From NCBI GenBank assembly GCA_963662945.1, contig OY759974.1, forward strand, positions 1,952,001-2,016,000: a DNA stretch of 64,000 nt. The letters are read 5' to 3'. The position numbers and the translations under genes were made by a program. Below the pieces are notes generated by a model, which did not search any database, was not told where the DNA came from, and saw only the letters and a list, made by a program, of their open reading frames with translations. Positions 11,172 through 22,101 of the stretch are shown piece by piece (position 1 is the stretch's first letter; every line of letters begins with the position of its first letter). Source of the stretch: Arcobacteraceae bacterium. Lineage in GTDB: Bacteria > Campylobacterota > Campylobacteria > Campylobacterales > Arcobacteraceae.

Positions 11172-13169
11172 TTAAAAGCTTGCCCATTCATCATCGTCAC
11201 TCTTAGAAGCTTTAATAGGTTCTATTTGTTTAGATGGTTTAGATTGTGATACAGGTTTTGGTGTATCGTGTTTTGGTGTTGTAGATTTTGTTTCTACTGG
11301 TTTAGTTGGTATAGAATGTTGATTATCCATTACTTTAGCTTTTACAGTATTTTTACCAATAAATTCTTTTGTATTAGCATCACTTACAACTAATTTTGCA
11401 ATCTTATCTGTATCTAATGCAACATCATGAGTTTGAGAAGCTATCATTGCATTTTGTTGTGTTTGTTGGTCTAAAGAGTTAACTGCATCATTGATTTGTT
11501 CAATTCCTGTAAGTTGTTCTTTACTTGCCATCTCTACATCTTTGATTAAATCTATTGTTTTAGTGATGTTTTCATTAAGTGCTGTATATCCACTTATCAT
11601 CTCATCTGAGATTTTTTTACCACTGTTTGCTTTTTCTGTTGCATTTTGAACTAGAGCTTTAATCTCATTTGCTGCTTCAGCACTTCTTGAAGCTAAGTTT
11701 CTAACTTCTTGAGCAACTACGGCAAATCCTTTTCCAGCTTCCCCTGCAGTTGCAGCTTCAACTGCTGCATTTAAACTTAAAATATTTGTTTGGAATGCAA
11801 TTTGATCAATAACTGTAATTGCTTCATTGATTGCATTTACCTCTTTATCTATCTCATTCATAGCTTGTGTTGTTTGATTTGCTAATGCTTCACCTTTTGA
11901 AGCTGATTCTGTTACATTTGAAGCTAGTTTAGACATTTGTACAATATTAGATGTATTACTAGATATATTACCTGTAATCTCTTCTAGAGCTGCTGCTGTT
12001 TCTTCTAGTGCTGCTGCTGCTTCATTTGAGTTTTGGTTTAGGATATCTACATTTTTAAGTAATATATCACTACTATTATCTAATGTTAAACCGTTTGCTT
12101 TATTTTCTATTAACATAGCTGTAACTGCATCACCAAGTGTATTTACACCACTTGCAAGTTTTAGAAGATGTTCTTTAATACCATCTGTTTTTACTCTACT
12201 CATATAATTACTATGTGAATATTGTTCTAATACATCTAATACATTATCAATATTTGTTTCAACATTATTAGCCATTTGATTTAATAGTTTAGTTAACTCT
12301 TGTAATGCTGGGTTATTACTTTGTGTACTTACTCTTTTACATAAGTCACCTTGTTCAAATTCACTTAAAACGGTAATAGTATCGTTGATAACTTGTCTAT
12401 CTTCTTCTATGCCTTTTTTAGTCTTAATAATATTTTCATTAACTACTTTTGCCATCTCTCCAAATTCATCTTTTGCTGAATCATTTAATAAATTTGTATC
12501 TTGTGTTTCTCTATTGAGATAAGAGAAGAAAGAATTTAATCCAATACTAAATTCTTTAATAGAATTTACAATCATTGATGAGATTAGAATAGATATAATA
12601 ATAAATACAACTACTACAACAATTGAGATAATAAGTAAAACATTATTCAATTCATTTGCTGCTTCATTTTTTAATTGTATAGCACTATGATTAATTTGAG
12701 CTAATTTCTTTTCTAAAATAAGACCCGTATTTGCCATTTTACTAATGATTGCAGATATCTCTTTTGATTCTTTATCTATTCCATTGGCATGTTCGTCTAT
12801 TCGTAACTGTGCAAAATCATCAAAATATTTTATATAGCTTTGAGATAATGATAAAATTTCATCACATAAATCTCTATTGTCTTTTAAACTTAAATGAGGT
12901 TTTAATGTAGATACTTGATTATCTAAAACATTAAAATCTTTTCGCACTTGATCTGCTTTTTGAGTATTTGGTATTCGTAAAAATTGATAAACTGAGATTC
13001 GTCCTTTAAGTATTTGTTGTATAAAGACATCAGTTTGTGAAGCTGCTGCAACACGGTTATTTACCAAGGTGTTGTAGTGCATAAACACTCCACTTAAAAC
13101 GAGCATAACTAAAATAATTAACACAGGGAAACTCAATAACTTATTTTTTGTTGACAAATTTTTAAACAT
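11172..13169 (-). CDS. Methyl-accepting chemotaxis protein
   Basis: Two TMs; [34 protein letters not shown] hairpin; C-terminal DEWASF peptide. Confidence 0.95.
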   Translation of the reverse strand: MFKNLSTKNKLLSFPVLIILVMLVLSGVFMHYNTLVNNRVAAASQTDVFIQQILKGRISVYQFLRIPNTQKADQVRKDFNVLDNQVSTLKPHLSLKDNRDLCDEILSLSQSYIKYFDDFAQLRIDEHANGIDKESKEISAIISKMANTGLILEKKLAQINHSAIQLKNEAANELNNVLLIISIVVVVVFIIISILISSMIVNSIKEFSIGLNSFFSYLNRETQDTNLLNDSAKDEFGEMAKVVNENIIKTKKGIEEDRQVINDTITVLSEFEQGDLCKRVSTQSNNPALQELTKLLNQMANNVETNIDNVLDVLEQYSHSNYMSRVKTDGIKEHLLKLASGVNTLGDAVTAMLIENKANGLTLDNSSDILLKNVDILNQNSNEAAAALEETAAALEEITGNISSNTSNIVQMSKLASNVTESASKGEALANQTTQAMNEIDKEVNAINEAITVIDQIAFQTNILSLNAAVEAATAGEAGKGFAVVAQEVRNLASRSAEAANEIKALVQNATEKANSGKKISDEMISGYTALNENITKTIDLIKDVEMASKEQLTGIEQINDAVNSLDQQTQQNAMIASQTHDVALDTDKIAKLVVSDANTKEFIGKNTVKAKVMDNQHSIPTKPVETKSTTPKHDTPKPVSQSKPSKQIEPIKASKSDDDEWASF

Positions 13170-13222
13170 TCAACATCTCCTTACAATATTTTGCTACGAA
13201 TATTATAGAAAAAGATTATTTC

Positions 13223-13918
13223 TTAAAAATTTCCTTTTAGTTTATAACCAACATTATAAATAGAATCAAAGAGATTACAAGAAAGTTTTGTTTTGAGTTT
13301 TGAAAATATTATTCTTAGTTTATTGGGATTATATGTATCTTCATCATCTTCCCAAATATAGTTTAAAATATCTTCATTTGAAAATATTTTTTGTTTATTT
13401 TCACAAAAAAGTTCTATAAGTAAAAATTCTTTTTTTGTTAGTTTGATTTGTTTTTTAGTTTTAGAATAAAGTTGTTTTGTAACTTTATCCCAATAATAAC
13501 CAGAATCAAGAGGTATAATATTTTCAATAAGTTGATTTTTTTTCAGTTTACAAATAGCTTCTGAAAGTATATCTTCTAGTTCAAAAGTTTTTATTGGTTT
13601 TATAAGATATTTCATAAGATTTAATTCTATAGCATCTAACAATTTTTCTGTATCTGAATAAGCTGTTAGCATAATTAGTAGAATGTTATCATTATCTTTT
13701 CTAATTTTATTTGCGACTTTAAGTCCATTGATTTTTGGAATATTGATATCTATTATTGCTATGTCAGGTCTATAAAGTGAATACTTTTCTATGGCTTCTT
13801 CCCCATCAGCTGCAGCATAAACATTTTGGAAATATAATTTAAATAATTTTGTATATTTATCTCGTAAACTTTCATCATCTTCTACATATAAAATTGAAAA
13901 GTTATTTTGAGAGATCAT
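13223..13918 (-). CDS. OmpR-family response regulator
   Basis: REC domain (YVEDD, DINIP, KP) plus winged helix (VGYKL). Confidence 0.9.
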   Translation of the reverse strand: MISQNNFSILYVEDDESLRDKYTKLFKLYFQNVYAAADGEEAIEKYSLYRPDIAIIDINIPKINGLKVANKIRKDNDNILLIMLTAYSDTEKLLDAIELNLMKYLIKPIKTFELEDILSEAICKLKKNQLIENIIPLDSGYYWDKVTKQLYSKTKKQIKLTKKEFLLIELFCENKQKIFSNEDILNYIWEDDEDTYNPNKLRIIFSKLKTKLSCNLFDSIYNVGYKLKGNF

Positions 13919-15380
13919 TTTGAATCCTTATGGTGAATTTTACACCTTGATTGTAATTGGTTACAAAAATATTACCTTTAAAATGTTGAGTTAAAATCTT
14001 TTTTGCAATATAAAGACCAAGTCCACTTGCAGCTTTTTTATTTTTTGTAGAAAAGTATAAATCAAACACTTTAGAAATATATTTTTGTGGTATTCCTCCT
14101 CCATTGTCAGATATTTCAATAAAAGTAAATTGATTGTTATCATATGTTTTGATTGTAATATTTGGATTAGTGATATTATTTGCATTAAAAATATCAATTG
14201 AATTTGAAATAATAGATAAAATCACTTGTTGAAAAAGTGTTAAGTATCCATTTATATGACCACGGCTTTCGTAACTTAAGTGTAAATGAATATGGTTCAT
14301 AGATGGATTAATAATACTAATACAGTGTTCTATAGCATCATTAACAATAAAATTTTTGGCTTCTGTTTCTGGTACGAAAAAGTTACTAAAATCATCTATT
14401 GTTTGTGATAAATACTGTGTAGTATTTTCTATAGAATTAATTTTGTTTTTTAAATTATTTTCATCTAGAGAACCATTTTTTTGTTCTAAATACATATCCA
14501 AAGTAATAGAGTTGATTTGGGATAATGGTTGTCTCCATTGGTGAGAAATCATATTAATTAGTTCACCAATTACTACCATTTTTGATTGATGATAAATGAT
14601 TTCATTTTTTTGTATATTTTCTTGTTCTGAAATAAGTATTTTATTTTTATAAGCAGTAAAAATATTTTCAATACTTTTTGAAAGTAATAAAAGTATACTA
14701 CTTAAAATAACTGTAATTGCAATAGTTATAATAATCAGTTCTGTTAAATATTTGTGATGTTCTTGTTTTAAACTTACTATTTTTTCATCAATTGTAGTTT
14801 GTACATCGCTTGGATGAAAACCATATCCTATAGCCCAATTCCAAGGTTTAAAGCTTTTAATATAAGAAATTTTTAGTGTTTCTCCTATATGTGTGCCAGA
14901 GATAGCAATATAGGAAATATAACCTTCCCCTTTTTTTGCAGTTTCTATAATTTGTTTCGTAACATGTGTCCCTTTTTTATCAGTTAAATTGATTTGATTT
15001 TCTGAGAGCAAACTTTGTTTGATATTAATAAGAAAATTACCATCATAATCTACGATAAAGATATAACCATTTTTATCATATTCTATAGAACTAATAAGTT
15101 CTAAAATATTTTTTTGTATTTGCTCTTCAGATAATTGATATTCGGTTTTATTTTCATTATATTCAATTTCAATTATTTTGACTATTTTATTAACTTCTTT
15201 TTTTATTAACTCTTTATTGAGATTAATATAATCATTTTTTACATTTACTGTTTCTCGTTCGAGTTGTTTCTTGTGAGAATTTATTATTATTGTAGTAATA
15301 ACAATAGAAAATAAAATAAATACTACAATAGGTATAATACTCATATTTCTAAGTAAATTAGTTTCGTTGTATAATTTCAT
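13902..15380 (-). CDS. Cache-domain sensor histidine kinase
   Basis: Single Cache domain (GYIFI, WAIGYG), ISHQWRQPL H-box, DNGGGI, GLGLY. Confidence 0.9.
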   Translation of the reverse strand: MKLYNETNLLRNMSIIPIVVFILFSIVITTIIINSHKKQLERETVNVKNDYINLNKELIKKEVNKIVKIIEIEYNENKTEYQLSEEQIQKNILELISSIEYDKNGYIFIVDYDGNFLINIKQSLLSENQINLTDKKGTHVTKQIIETAKKGEGYISYIAISGTHIGETLKISYIKSFKPWNWAIGYGFHPSDVQTTIDEKIVSLKQEHHKYLTELIIITIAITVILSSILLLLSKSIENIFTAYKNKILISEQENIQKNEIIYHQSKMVVIGELINMISHQWRQPLSQINSITLDMYLEQKNGSLDENNLKNKINSIENTTQYLSQTIDDFSNFFVPETEAKNFIVNDAIEHCISIINPSMNHIHLHLSYESRGHINGYLTLFQQVILSIISNSIDIFNANNITNPNITIKTYDNNQFTFIEISDNGGGIPQKYISKVFDLYFSTKNKKAASGLGLYIAKKILTQHFKGNIFVTNYNQGVKFTIRIQNDLSK

Positions 15381-15455
15381 AGAAAAATTATAACACTATT
15401 TATGTAAAGAGGTGTTGAGTAGTGGGAATATTACAGATAACTAAAAAAAGGTCTT

Positions 15456-16841
15456 TTAATCTTCTTGTAGTTTGATAGTAAAAGTTGAACCTTCATTTTC
15501 GACACTTTGAATGTCTAATTTAAATTTATGGAATTTAACAATATTTGATACCAAAGATAATCCTACACCTAAAGAGTTATTCCAAGTGTTATTTGATACA
15601 CGATAAAATTTATTTGTAATTTTTTGGATATCTTTTTGTTTTATACCTATTCCATTATCTTTAACACTTATCTCTTTTTCTGTAATAACGACAAAAACAT
15701 CATCTTGAGAATATTTTAAACCATTTTCTATTAAATTTTCAATAGCTATACGTATCATAGTTTCATCTGCATCAATTTTAATATCATCAGCTTCCAAATA
15801 TATCTCTCTTGATGGATAGGAGATTTTTAAATCATCGATTATAGCCTTTGTTACTTTTACTAAATCTACTTTTGTAAAATTTTTTACCTGTTTACCATCT
15901 TCTAATTTAAGAGTTAAGCGAAGCCTATCAATCATAGTTGTTAACTTATCTGAGTTAGATGATATTTTTTTAAGAAATTTTTCTCGTATTGTTGGATTAA
16001 TATCTTCATCTTCAAGAAGCGTTTGAGTATATCCACTAATTACTGCAATAGGATTTTTAAATTCATGGGAAATTGCAGAGATGATATCATCTTTTTGTCT
16101 ATTTGAAAGTTTTAATTTTGCAGTATACTTAGATTTTTGTTTCTCTTTTTTCATCAATGTTTTAGAAACTTCACTTAAAACTTGCGTTATTTTATGAAAC
16201 TCATAAGAATAGTTTGATTCTATCTTTGTATCTTTGTTTTGTTTTGCAAGATTATTTAAAAATTCCAAAATTTCTGTAGTCTCATATTCTACTTTTTTAC
16301 TAATATATCGCGCAACCCAAAAAGCAATAGCAATAAAAAAAAGAAATAAAATTCCAATTTTTATTGAAAGATAAAAAAACTCTTGATTGATTTGTTCAAT
16401 ATCTCTAGCCATTCTAATATAATAATCTTCACCATGAAGTGTAAATTTTTTTGAAACATATAAAAGTTTTTTGTTGAGTGTGTCAGATTTTCGAATAATT
16501 GAACCATATTCTTGATATTTTGAATTGATAACTTCAGCTCTATCTGAATGATTTTCCATTAATGTTTTATCTTCATCACTCTCTCCAATAACTACACCAT
16601 TTTTATTTATAATAGTAACTCTTAGGGCAATTGAGTGTTTGATATCTGCAACTATTTGATCAACATCGTTAAAGTCTTTAATACCAAGTGAAAGTATATT
16701 TATATTATGAAGAAGGTCAATCTTGGTTTGTTCTATATAAATATTTTTTATCCATATATAAACTACTATTCCTAAAATTAAAAAGATTGTTCCAAAAAGT
16801 ATTATAAATTTTCTTAGGAATATATCATGGAGTCTAAGCAA
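15456..16841 (-). CDS. PhoR-like sensor histidine kinase
   Basis: ISHEFKNP H-box, ENHSDRAEV periplasmic motif, last gene of pstB-phoU-RR-HK. TTG start at 16841 chosen for its RBS. Confidence 0.8.
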   Translation of the reverse strand: MLRLHDIFLRKFIILFGTIFLILGIVVYIWIKNIYIEQTKIDLLHNINILSLGIKDFNDVDQIVADIKHSIALRVTIINKNGVVIGESDEDKTLMENHSDRAEVINSKYQEYGSIIRKSDTLNKKLLYVSKKFTLHGEDYYIRMARDIEQINQEFFYLSIKIGILFLFFIAIAFWVARYISKKVEYETTEILEFLNNLAKQNKDTKIESNYSYEFHKITQVLSEVSKTLMKKEKQKSKYTAKLKLSNRQKDDIISAISHEFKNPIAVISGYTQTLLEDEDINPTIREKFLKKISSNSDKLTTMIDRLRLTLKLEDGKQVKNFTKVDLVKVTKAIIDDLKISYPSREIYLEADDIKIDADETMIRIAIENLIENGLKYSQDDVFVVITEKEISVKDNGIGIKQKDIQKITNKFYRVSNNTWNNSLGVGLSLVSNIVKFHKFKLDIQSVENEGSTFTIKLQED

Positions 16842-17505
16842 AAATGTATCCTTCACCTCGTACAGATTTTATATATTCTTTTTCCCCTGTTGGGTCAATT
16901 TTTTCTTTTAGTCGTTTAATTGCAACATTTACAGTTTTTGATTTTACATCTGTAAAATCTTCCCATACATTTTGAAGAAGTACCTCTCGACTTAATAAAA
17001 CATCTTTATTTTTAAAAAATTCTAACAATAAGTCATGTTCAAGATGTGTAAGATTTATCTCTTTATCTGCAATAAAAAATTTTTTTTGACTTGCTTTATA
17101 AACAATATCTTTGATTTTTTCTATTTCAACATCTTTTGTAGATCTTTTAATAACAGCATTTACTCTAGCTTTGAGAACTTCTAGATTAAAAGGTTTTGTA
17201 ATATAATCATCAGCACCTCTACTAAAGCCTTCAAGGATATCTTCCTCTCTATCTTTAGCAGTTAAATAAATTACAGGATGATTATATCCTTTTTCTCTAA
17301 TGCTTTTTATGAATAAACTTCCTTCAATATTTGGAAGGTTTCTGTCCATAATTATAAGACTAATATCTTCTTCTTCTAATAATTGTTCAACAAGTTTTGT
17401 ATCTAAGCAAGATATAACATCATGACCATCTTTTGTCAATGTATACTCTATTAAGTCTAAGATATCTTGTTCATCTTCAACAACTAAAATAGTACTATCT
17501 TGCAT
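16834..17505 (-). CDS. PhoB-like OmpR-family response regulator
   Basis: REC domain plus winged helix (TVNVAIKRLKEKID, KSVRGEGY); next to phoU and pstB. Confidence 0.85.
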   Translation of the reverse strand: MQDSTILVVEDEQDILDLIEYTLTKDGHDVISCLDTKLVEQLLEEEDISLIIMDRNLPNIEGSLFIKSIREKGYNHPVIYLTAKDREEDILEGFSRGADDYITKPFNLEVLKARVNAVIKRSTKDVEIEKIKDIVYKASQKKFFIADKEINLTHLEHDLLLEFFKNKDVLLSREVLLQNVWEDFTDVKSKTVNVAIKRLKEKIDPTGEKEYIKSVRGEGYIFA

Positions 17506-17542
17506 TAATAATCCTTTTTTATATAATTATAGCAAGTTAATA

Positions 17543-18205
17543 TTATACTTGGTGTATCTCACCACCATTGTTTGCAAATAATAATAAGCTAGCAATACTA
17601 ATAGCTCTATCTGCCACTTTTTCACTTTTTCTAAGTGAAGAAAGCATTTGGTGATATCGTGAAAAGTTATCTGCTTTATCTGCTTGTTTGATTAATGTAT
17701 TTTCAATCATTTCATATAAATCATCAGTTTTATTTTCAGCGATTAATACTTTATTAAAATGTTCTTGAATCTCATCTACACAATCAATATCAAACATTTT
17801 AACAGCAAACTCCAAAGCTTCAACTGTAGATTTTTGCATTGGTATTGCATATTCATTAATAGTTTTTATATCAACTTTTTTACAAACTTCTTGAAACCCT
17901 TTTATAAAACTTCTTGTATTAGAACAAGCTCTCACTAACTCGTTTGTAATTTTTAAATAAGAGACCATCGTTCGTAAATCTTTAGCTTCTGGTGCATGAA
18001 GTGCTAATGTTGTTATAATATCATTATCAATTTCATTTGTTTTATTACTTGTATTTTTTATAGCTAATTTAGCTTCGTTAAATTTATCTAGTTTACAATC
18101 TTTTAATGCATTAATAATAATGATATTTGCTTCAATAAGATTATGTCCAATCTCTTTAATGTTTTTTTTAATTTCATCAAGTTTTTCTTTATAATTTACT
18201 AACAT
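17543..18205 (-). CDS. phoU: Phosphate signalling protein PhoU
   Basis: ALHAPEAKDLR, ENKTDDLY, EKVADRA repeats; start set at the RBS-preceded ATG 18205. Confidence 0.9.
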   Translation of the reverse strand: MLVNYKEKLDEIKKNIKEIGHNLIEANIIIINALKDCKLDKFNEAKLAIKNTSNKTNEIDNDIITTLALHAPEAKDLRTMVSYLKITNELVRACSNTRSFIKGFQEVCKKVDIKTINEYAIPMQKSTVEALEFAVKMFDIDCVDEIQEHFNKVLIAENKTDDLYEMIENTLIKQADKADNFSRYHQMLSSLRKSEKVADRAISIASLLLFANNGGEIHQV

Positions 18206-18215
18206 ATTTTTCCTT

Positions 18216-18983
18216 TTATCCAAATCTTCCAGTGATATAGTCTTCTGTCTTTTTCTCTTTTGGGTTTATAAATATTTTTTCTGTTTCATCATATTCTATT
18301 AAATCACCTAAATGGAAAAATGCTGTCATATCAGCTACCCTAGCTGCTTGTTGCATATTATGAGTAACTGTTACAATCGTATAGTCTTTTTTTAGTTCTA
18401 ACATAAGTGCTTCAATTTTTTCTGTACTAATTGGATCTAGTGCTGAAGTTGGTTCATCCATCAAAATAATATCTGGTTGTACTGCAATAGTTCTAGCTAT
18501 ACAAAGTCGTTGTTGTTGTCCACCACTTAGACCTGTCCCTGGTTCTTTTAAGATATCTTTTACCTCTTCCCAAATACCAGCACCTCTGAGTGATTTTTCA
18601 ACAAGTTCATCACACTCCTTACCTTTTTTGACAAGACCATGTTTTAAAGGTGCATAAGCAACATTTTCATAAATAGACTTTGGAAATGGATTTGGTTGTT
18701 GAAATACCATACCAACTCTTTTTCGTACACTTACTTCATCAACATCTTTATCATATATATTTTTTTCATCAATTATAACTTGACCATCAACTCTTGCAGA
18801 ACTAACTAAGTCATTCATTCTATTTAAACATCTTAAAAATGTTGATTTCCCACACCCAGAAGGTCCTATAAGTGCGGTGATTTGGTTTTCATATATTTCA
18901 ATATTTAGACTATGAAGAGCATGTTTCTCTCCATACCAAAGGTTTAAATCTTTTACATCAATTTTTGTTTTATTTTTTCCCAT
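18216..18983 (-). CDS. pstB: Phosphate ABC transporter ATPase
   Basis: [38 protein letters not shown]. Confidence 0.97.
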   Translation of the reverse strand: MGKNKTKIDVKDLNLWYGEKHALHSLNIEIYENQITALIGPSGCGKSTFLRCLNRMNDLVSSARVDGQVIIDEKNIYDKDVDEVSVRKRVGMVFQQPNPFPKSIYENVAYAPLKHGLVKKGKECDELVEKSLRGAGIWEEVKDILKEPGTGLSGGQQQRLCIARTIAVQPDIILMDEPTSALDPISTEKIEALMLELKKDYTIVTVTHNMQQAARVADMTAFFHLGDLIEYDETEKIFINPKEKKTEDYITGRFG

Positions 18984-19013
18984 TTATACTACTTTTCTAA
19001 ATTTTTGTGTTGA

Positions 19014-19046
19014 ATTGTACAAATTATTAATTACAATATGGTTACA
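19014..19046 (-). promoter_or_regulatory. Pho-box promoter of pstB-phoU-phoB-phoR
   Basis: TGTAAC-CATAT-TGTAAT, 10 nt, TACAAT. Confidence 0.8.
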
Positions 19047-19171
19047 TCCATTTTTGCAATAAGACTTTGAAGACAAATTTGGCAATTTTTAAGAAAATTA
19101 TTATAGATAATAGTAATAAAATAAGTAACTATCCTATATTTTATGATTTACTTAACGGGAAGGTTTAAGAA

Positions 19172-19191
19172 TATGGATTGTACAATCCATA
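19172..19191. promoter_or_regulatory. Perfect 20-bp palindrome in the pit promoter
   Basis: TATGGATTGT|ACAATCCATA. Confidence 0.55.
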
Positions 19192-19201
19192 CAATAAAAA
19201 A

Positions 19202-19218
19202 GTTACAAAATAGTTACA
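19202..19218 (-). promoter_or_regulatory. Inverted Pho box just upstream of pit, putative repression site
   Basis: TGTAAC-TATTT-TGTAAC on the antisense strand, downstream of TACAAT -10 candidates and 14 nt before the ATG. Confidence 0.65.
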
Positions 19219-19232
19219 TTGATAAAAGGTAA

Positions 19233-20870
19233 ATGAATATGGAAATACATACAGTAAAGAAAATGGAAAAAGAGGCAATGAAAAGCAGTAGTTTTGATTT
19301 TATCAGACTAGGCTTTGCTCTTTTTTTTATGGTTGTTGTATTAAGTTATAGTTTTATTAATACAGGCGGTATTCCAAACAATGTATTTTTAGCAATAGCA
19401 GCACTTTTTGGTGCATATATGGCTATGAATATTGGTGCAAATGATGTTGCAAACAATGTAGGACCAGCTGTAGGTTCAAAAGCTTTAACAATGGGTGGTG
19501 CAATTGTTATTGCTGCTATTTTTGAAGCAAGTGGTGCATTAATTGCAGGTGGAGATGTTGTAAATACAATTAAAAAAGGTATTGTAGATATTTCTGCTTT
19601 TGGAAGTCATACTGATTCTTTTATCTGGGCTATGATGGCTGCACTTTTAGCAGCAGCTATTTGGTTAAATTTTGCAACTTATTTTAAAGCACCTGTTTCA
19701 ACTACACACTCAATAGTAGGTGGAGTTATGGGAGCTGGTATTGCAGCTGCAGGATTTAGTATTGTTGCTTGGGGTACAATGGGAAAAATTGTATTGTCTT
19801 GGATTATTTCACCTGTGTTAGGTGGAATTATTGCTGCATTGTTTCTTTTTGCTATTAAAAAGACTATGGTATATAAAGAAGATAAAATAAGTGCTGCTGT
19901 AACTTGGGTTCCAATATATGTAGCTATTATGTCTTGGGCTTTTGTAACATATATTACATTGAAAGGTTTAAAAAAAATATGGCCTACAATTGTAGATATT
20001 CTGATCTTTTTACCTGATAGTAAACAACCAACATTTTTAGTGGCTGCAACACTTGGGCTTGTAGTTGCAGTAGTTGTTTTTATCATTGTAAAGTCATCTG
20101 TAAATAAAAAGTCTTCAAGAATTAAAAACACAAGAGTTGGTGTTAATAGACTTTTTACAGTACCTCTAATTTTTGCTGCTGCACTTCTTAGTTTTGCACA
20201 TGGTGCAAATGATGTTGCAAATGCAATTGGACCATTAGCTGCAATTAATGATGCTGTTATGAGTGGTGGTATTTCTGCAAAAGCAGGTATACCATTATGG
20301 GTTATGGCTGTTGGTGCTATTGGTATTGCATTAGGACTTGCCTTGTATGGACCAAAACTTATAAGAACAGTTGGAAGTGAAATTACGGAGTTAGATCAAA
20401 TACGAGCATTTAGTGTTGCTATGGCTGCTGCTATTACTGTTATTATTGCTTCTCAGTTAGGATTGCCTGTATCTTCAACACATATTGCGATTGGTGGTAT
20501 TTTTGGAGTAGGTTTTTTAAGAGAGTATTTAACACAAGCAGAAAAATTTGATATAGTTGCAAAAGAGAAAGAGATAGTAGATGATGAGAAAAAGTTTTTA
20601 AAAGCTTTAAGTAGTGAACTCAAAACTTTAGAAGGTAAAAAAGATAAGAAAAAAGATGATTATGAAAGAATAGTTGTTTTATATAAAATGATAGATGAAG
20701 AAGAAGAAAAACTTAAAGAGGCAAAAAGACAGCTAAAAGATGCCGAAAAAATACAATATGTAAAAAGAGATGCAGTTAAAAAAATAGTTGCAGCTTGGAT
20801 TATTACAGTACCAGCAGCAGCTGTTCTTTCGGCAATGTTATATTTTATGATTAGAGGAATTGTTCTTTAA
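19233..20870 (+). CDS. pit: PiT-family inorganic phosphate transporter
   Basis: Two GANDVAN signatures, PVSTTH and PVSSTH, charged C-terminal insert. Confidence 0.95.
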   Translation: MNMEIHTVKKMEKEAMKSSSFDFIRLGFALFFMVVVLSYSFINTGGIPNNVFLAIAALFGAYMAMNIGANDVANNVGPAVGSKALTMGGAIVIAAIFEASGALIAGGDVVNTIKKGIVDISAFGSHTDSFIWAMMAALLAAAIWLNFATYFKAPVSTTHSIVGGVMGAGIAAAGFSIVAWGTMGKIVLSWIISPVLGGIIAALFLFAIKKTMVYKEDKISAAVTWVPIYVAIMSWAFVTYITLKGLKKIWPTIVDILIFLPDSKQPTFLVAATLGLVVAVVVFIIVKSSVNKKSSRIKNTRVGVNRLFTVPLIFAAALLSFAHGANDVANAIGPLAAINDAVMSGGISAKAGIPLWVMAVGAIGIALGLALYGPKLIRTVGSEITELDQIRAFSVAMAAAITVIIASQLGLPVSSTHIAIGGIFGVGFLREYLTQAEKFDIVAKEKEIVDDEKKFLKALSSELKTLEGKKDKKKDDYERIVVLYKMIDEEEEKLKEAKRQLKDAEKIQYVKRDAVKKIVAAWIITVPAAAVLSAMLYFMIRGIVL

Positions 20871-20888
20871 TTGGATACTATTTTCAAA

Positions 20889-20921
20889 TAAAAAAGGGGT
20901 ACTTTGTGTACCCCTTTTTTT
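20889..20921. terminator. Bidirectional terminator between pit and pstA
   Basis: AAAAAAGGGGTAC-tttgt-GTACCCCTTTTTT. Confidence 0.85.
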
Positions 20922-22101
20922 ATTGCCATTTTACTTCAAATTTTTTTCGTAAATAAACGGCAAGTGCATTGAGTGATATAAGTATTGAGAGTAGTACTAA
21001 AATACCAGCAGCTGTTCTTTCAATATATGCTTTCTCTGGCATACCAGCCCAAGTAAATATTTGTGCTGGCATAACAGTTGCAGCATCCATAATAGAAGAT
21101 GGACTATCAGGAATAAATGCAATCATACCTACAATAATCAAAGGTGCAGTTTCACCCATAGCTTGTGCAAGACCAATAATAGAACCAGTCATTACTCCTG
21201 GAAATGCTAATGGTAAAACATGGTCTCTTACAACTTGTATTTTTGTTAATCCTAAACCGTAACCAGCTTGTCTAATACTCGCAGGAACACTTCTTAATGC
21301 AGCTCGTGAACTTACAATTATAATTGGTAACGTCATAAGTGCAAGTGTAAGACCACCAACTAAAGGAGAACTTCTTGGTAGACCAAACATATTGATAAAA
21401 ATAGATAAACCTAAAAGACCAAAAAGAATTGAAGGAATAGCCGCAAGATTGTTAATATTAATCTCAATTAAACTTGACCATCTACTATCTGGATTTGCAA
21501 ATTCCTCAAGATAAACAGCAGTCGCAACACCGATAGGAAAAGCAACAGCCATAGTAACTATCAGTGTAAATATTGAACCAATAATTGCAGATGCAAGTCC
21601 TGAATTTTCAGCTATTTTGCTATCTCCTTGAGTGAAAAATAGGGTATTAAATCTTTTTTCAACTCTATCATTGTCAATTAAGCCTTTTAAAGTTTTTAAG
21701 TCTTTGTTTGAAAGTTTATAATATTGTTGTTTCATATACATATCAACTTGGTCATCAGCTAAAATCCAAAGAAGTTGTTTTGTCCCCATAAGTGATGGGT
21801 CTTTTTTTGCATTCATTGGTATATCTCTGATTGCAGAACGACTTACTAGGTTAAGATATTTTCGTTCAATTGCTTTTCTGTAACTTTGAATACTTGCTTC
21901 ATTGTATGTTACTTCAACTTGAATATATGTTTGCATAAAAGCACTCTTACCTTTTGCAACCATATCACTTAAAAATATTGCTAAAAAGATTAATGATAAA
22001 ACAAGCGCACCTAAAGAGAGTCCTTTAAATACTTTTGCTTTTCTGTGTCTTTTTGCTAATGTTGGATCGTAGAATACATTATTATTGTTTGTGTTTTTCA
22101 T
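20920..22101 (-). CDS. pstA: Phosphate ABC transporter permease PstA (long N-terminal form)
   Basis: YLEEFA, NINNLAAIPSI, AMGETAPL. Confidence 0.95.
   Translation of the reverse strand: MKNTNNNNVFYDPTLAKRHRKAKVFKGLSLGALVLSLIFLAIFLSDMVAKGKSAFMQTYIQVEVTYNEASIQSYRKAIERKYLNLVSRSAIRDIPMNAKKDPSLMGTKQLLWILADDQVDMYMKQQYYKLSNKDLKTLKGLIDNDRVEKRFNTLFFTQGDSKIAENSGLASAIIGSIFTLIVTMAVAFPIGVATAVYLEEFANPDSRWSSLIEININNLAAIPSILFGLLGLSIFINMFGLPRSSPLVGGLTLALMTLPIIIVSSRAALRSVPASIRQAGYGLGLTKIQVVRDHVLPLAFPGVMTGSIIGLAQAMGETAPLIIVGMIAFIPDSPSSIMDAATVMPAQIFTWAGMPEKAYIERTAAGILVLLSILISLNALAVYLRKKFEVKWQ

Noticed and set aside
17526-17558. Possible autoregulatory box before the phoB-like gene
   Set aside because: TATAAT -10 is present, but only one variant half-site at the right spacing; the second (GATACA) is poor
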